Positions 61,497 to 64,000 of a stretch of DNA of 64,000 nucleotides are shown here, piece by piece (positions within the stretch are counted from its first letter, which is position 1; every line of letters begins with the position of its first letter). Under the pieces are notes generated by a model. That model was not told the origin of the DNA. It saw only the letters and a program-made list of their open reading frames with translations, and ran no database searches. Source of the DNA: Ophelia neglecta (lineage: Eukaryota); NCBI GenBank assembly GCA_965285935.1, contig OZ260662.1, positions 31,806,001-31,870,000 of the forward strand. Direction: 5' to 3'. The position numbers and the translations under genes were made by a program.

Positions 61497-64000
61497 ATGG
61501 TAATAAGAACTATAGACTCATTGACTATTTGTGCCTTTAATTGTCAGGGTGCCTTGAGAACAGTCTCATACATTGAAACGTTGCTTGACAGCAAACGATT
61601 CGACATTCTTGTCTTAACAGAACACTGGTTGCGACAAAGTAATGTAGCACTTTTGCAGCAAATTAACAGGAACTACAGTGGTTACGGCATCACTGACTTG
61701 CGTAACGAGTCCCTCCCCATAGACAAGCCGGGCCGGAGATGCATGGGGGGAGTTGGTGTCCTGTGGCGCGAAGAATTGGATGGTCATGTCAAAATCCTCG
61801 ATTATGTTAACGACAGGGTTATCCCAATAAGAATTACTTTACGCCCAGGATCATATATAACTGTAATTGCTGTGTACTTACCTTCCCTAGACCAAGGACT
61901 GGACCCCTTTCAAGCATGTCTCGACGAATTAGAGTCCGTGTACATAACCCATTCGCAATAATCCGAGGTTATCATTGCCGGTGACCTGAATTCTTGTGTG
62001 AGAGGGACGCGCGACCACGTCGGGTCAATGCCCACAACTGGACACATTGCCTTTAAAAGAGCCACCGCCGTTGCTGGTATGCTGGAAAGGCAAAGGCTTG
62101 TATCGTGGATGACCGACAAGATATGTGTCGGACAAACATACAGTAGGCAGCCGTACGACGGTGGGCCTAAGTCATTACTTGATCACATCCTTTCCAGAGA
62201 GAGCATAAATGACTTGGTGGTCAGAGCCGTGATATTGGACGATCACGTATTGAACTGCTCAGACCATCTTCCGGTGTACGTGGAGTTTGGCTTTAAGACT
62301 TACCTTTCAAACCTCGACCCTCAGGGCATTGGGCGGACTGGTTTGAGTTGGAGAAAGGCCATACAGGGCGGACAGGTGGCCGCCTATCAAGCCCTTCTGT
62401 CGACAAGGCTACAATCTACAGATAACCCATCGATAACGAGTACCAGAGACATTGATACTTTTTACAACTGCTTGGTCGAAGACATGAATTATTCTGCTCA
62501 GTCGACAATACCACCTCAAAGGCACCGCCCCTTCCTGAAACCCTACTGGCGAACCGACAACCTAGATCAGCTTCATTCGAACATGAGAAGAATGCGCTCT
62601 ATATGGTTGTCCAACGGTAGACCCGAATGTGTGAGTGACCAATCTAGACTTGACTACAAAAATGCCAAACGCCAGTTTCGTAGAGTCCATAGGAGGCTGG
62701 AGTTGGTGCAAGAACATGAGTTTTTCAGTGAAGTGGACAAGGCGGCGGAAGTCGACCAGTCAAAACTTTACCAGCTACTAAAATCTAGAAAACAAAAGAG
62801 GAAAGCGGCGCCGGGGGAGCTTCGTATCGGCGATAGTACTATTCGAGACCCTTACGCGATAACAACTGCTTGGAAGGATCACTTCCAATGTCTTTATTCT
62901 CGCCTAGAACACCCAGACTTTGATGCGGATAATTATGACCTTGTGACGGAGTCTGTAAAAAGGCTCCAGAGTGACTCTGCTAACGAGGACGATCCGATCA
63001 TGATAAATGCAATACTCCCGATCGAGGTGTCGAAAGTCATCACACACTTAAAGCTTGGAAAGAAAGGAGGCCATGACGGCCTGTCAAACGAACACTTGAG
63101 GTATGGTGGTCCCCTCCTCATGGTGGCGCTCGCACACCTGTTTAACGCGTTCTACGCCTTTGGCTACATTCCAACTTCACTGAAGAAAGGAGTGATTATT
63201 ACTATTTACAAAGGGGAACGTAAACATACAACGGATGACAGGAAAAATTACCGTGGTATCAGCCTACTACCAGTCGTGTATAAACTGTTTGAGAGGCTCA
63301 TTTTGCAGAGATGGATGGATTGGAACCAGAGCCAGCCACATTTGCAATTTCCGGTCGCTATCCAGAATGGCTTTAGGCCCAACAGGAATGCTCTTATGGC
63401 GTCCTTTGTGATCCAGGAGGCGACTGCTTGGGCACAGGAACGCGGCAGCCCAGTGTACGTCTGCATGCTAGATTCGAGCTGCGCGTTTGACTGCGTCTGG
63501 CACGACGGCTTGTTTCTCAAGATCCACCAGATTGGCATCGCTGGCAGACTTTGGCGGCTTTTAAGAAATGCTTATACTGATATGCAGGCTTCTGTGTATT
63601 GGGAGGGCCATCTGTCGGACACTTTCGCAATCACACAGTCAGTGCGCCAGGGCTCCGTCTTGGGGCCTTCGCTGTATCTTTCCATTATCAACGACCTGGG
63701 GAAACAGTTTATGCAGTCTGACGACGGTCTAAGGATGGGAGATACTTACTGCGGAGCGGTCATACAGGCGGATGATATAGCGCTGGCCTCCTTGACCCCT
63801 GCCGGGCTGCAGAATCTCATGTGTATTGCGGAGGAATATGGCAAAAAGTGGAGATTCTGCTTTAATCCTCTTAAGACAAAGGTGTTAGCCTTCGACCAAA
63901 GGCGAGGGACGCGTACTGGAATTGAGACACTCTCTTGGCAGCTCAACGGCTGTATGATTCGTCCCAGCAACACATGTACCCACGTCGGTGTCCTCCTTGA
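61497..64000 (+). pseudogene. LINE ORF2 (APE endonuclease plus reverse transcriptase) with one in-frame TAA at 61959-61961; 3' partial
   Basis: AFNCQG, LTEHWL, GGVG, AVYLP, then after the stop AGDLN, LDHI, SDHLPV, KPYW, NYRGISLL, AFDCVWH, RQGSVLGP and QADD (63765-63776), all in one frame. Confidence 0.9.

Larger units (their letters stand above)
59160..64000 (+). mobile_element. Nearly intact two-ORF LINE (RTEX/Proto2-like; clade tentative), continues beyond the window
   Basis: GC-richer 5' UTR, 640-aa ORF1, 30-bp spacer, then ORF2 with APE endonuclease and RT. The 5' boundary is approximate. Confidence 0.9.

Overview
AT-rich, intron-containing animal DNA (probably a marine invertebrate; not bacterial, no CRISPR or rRNA). 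Five spliced host genes were reconstructed by hand, each with consistent intron phases. (1) An orphan 148-aa secreted protein with a GC-AG intron (502-2184, +). (2) A divergent choline/ethanolamine kinase (7250 or 10907 to 19189, +). (3) An AADAC/NCEH1-like GDSAG carboxylesterase (27775-22416, -). (4) A family S28 PRSS16-like serine peptidase (32434-40299, +). (5) A DNase I-like nuclease (43988-48008, +). Many transposable elements lie between and within them: a complete Ty3/Gypsy LTR element (identical 193-bp LTRs, tRNA-Ser PBS, 5-bp TSD), Kolobok-like, PIF/Harbinger-like and Tc1/mariner non-autonomous elements, an 80-bp perfect palindrome with an 8-bp TSD, several decayed LINEs, and a head-to-head pair of an L2-like LINE and a nearly intact RTEX/Proto2-like LINE running off the right edge. 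The most notable observations are the orphan secreted gene whose candidate poly(A) signal was split by the Gypsy insertion, a fourfold tandem duplication of a kinase splice acceptor, a TIR element carrying coding cargo in the esterase promoter, and a dense TAGGCCTA cluster. All gene models are manual predictions without transcript or database support.
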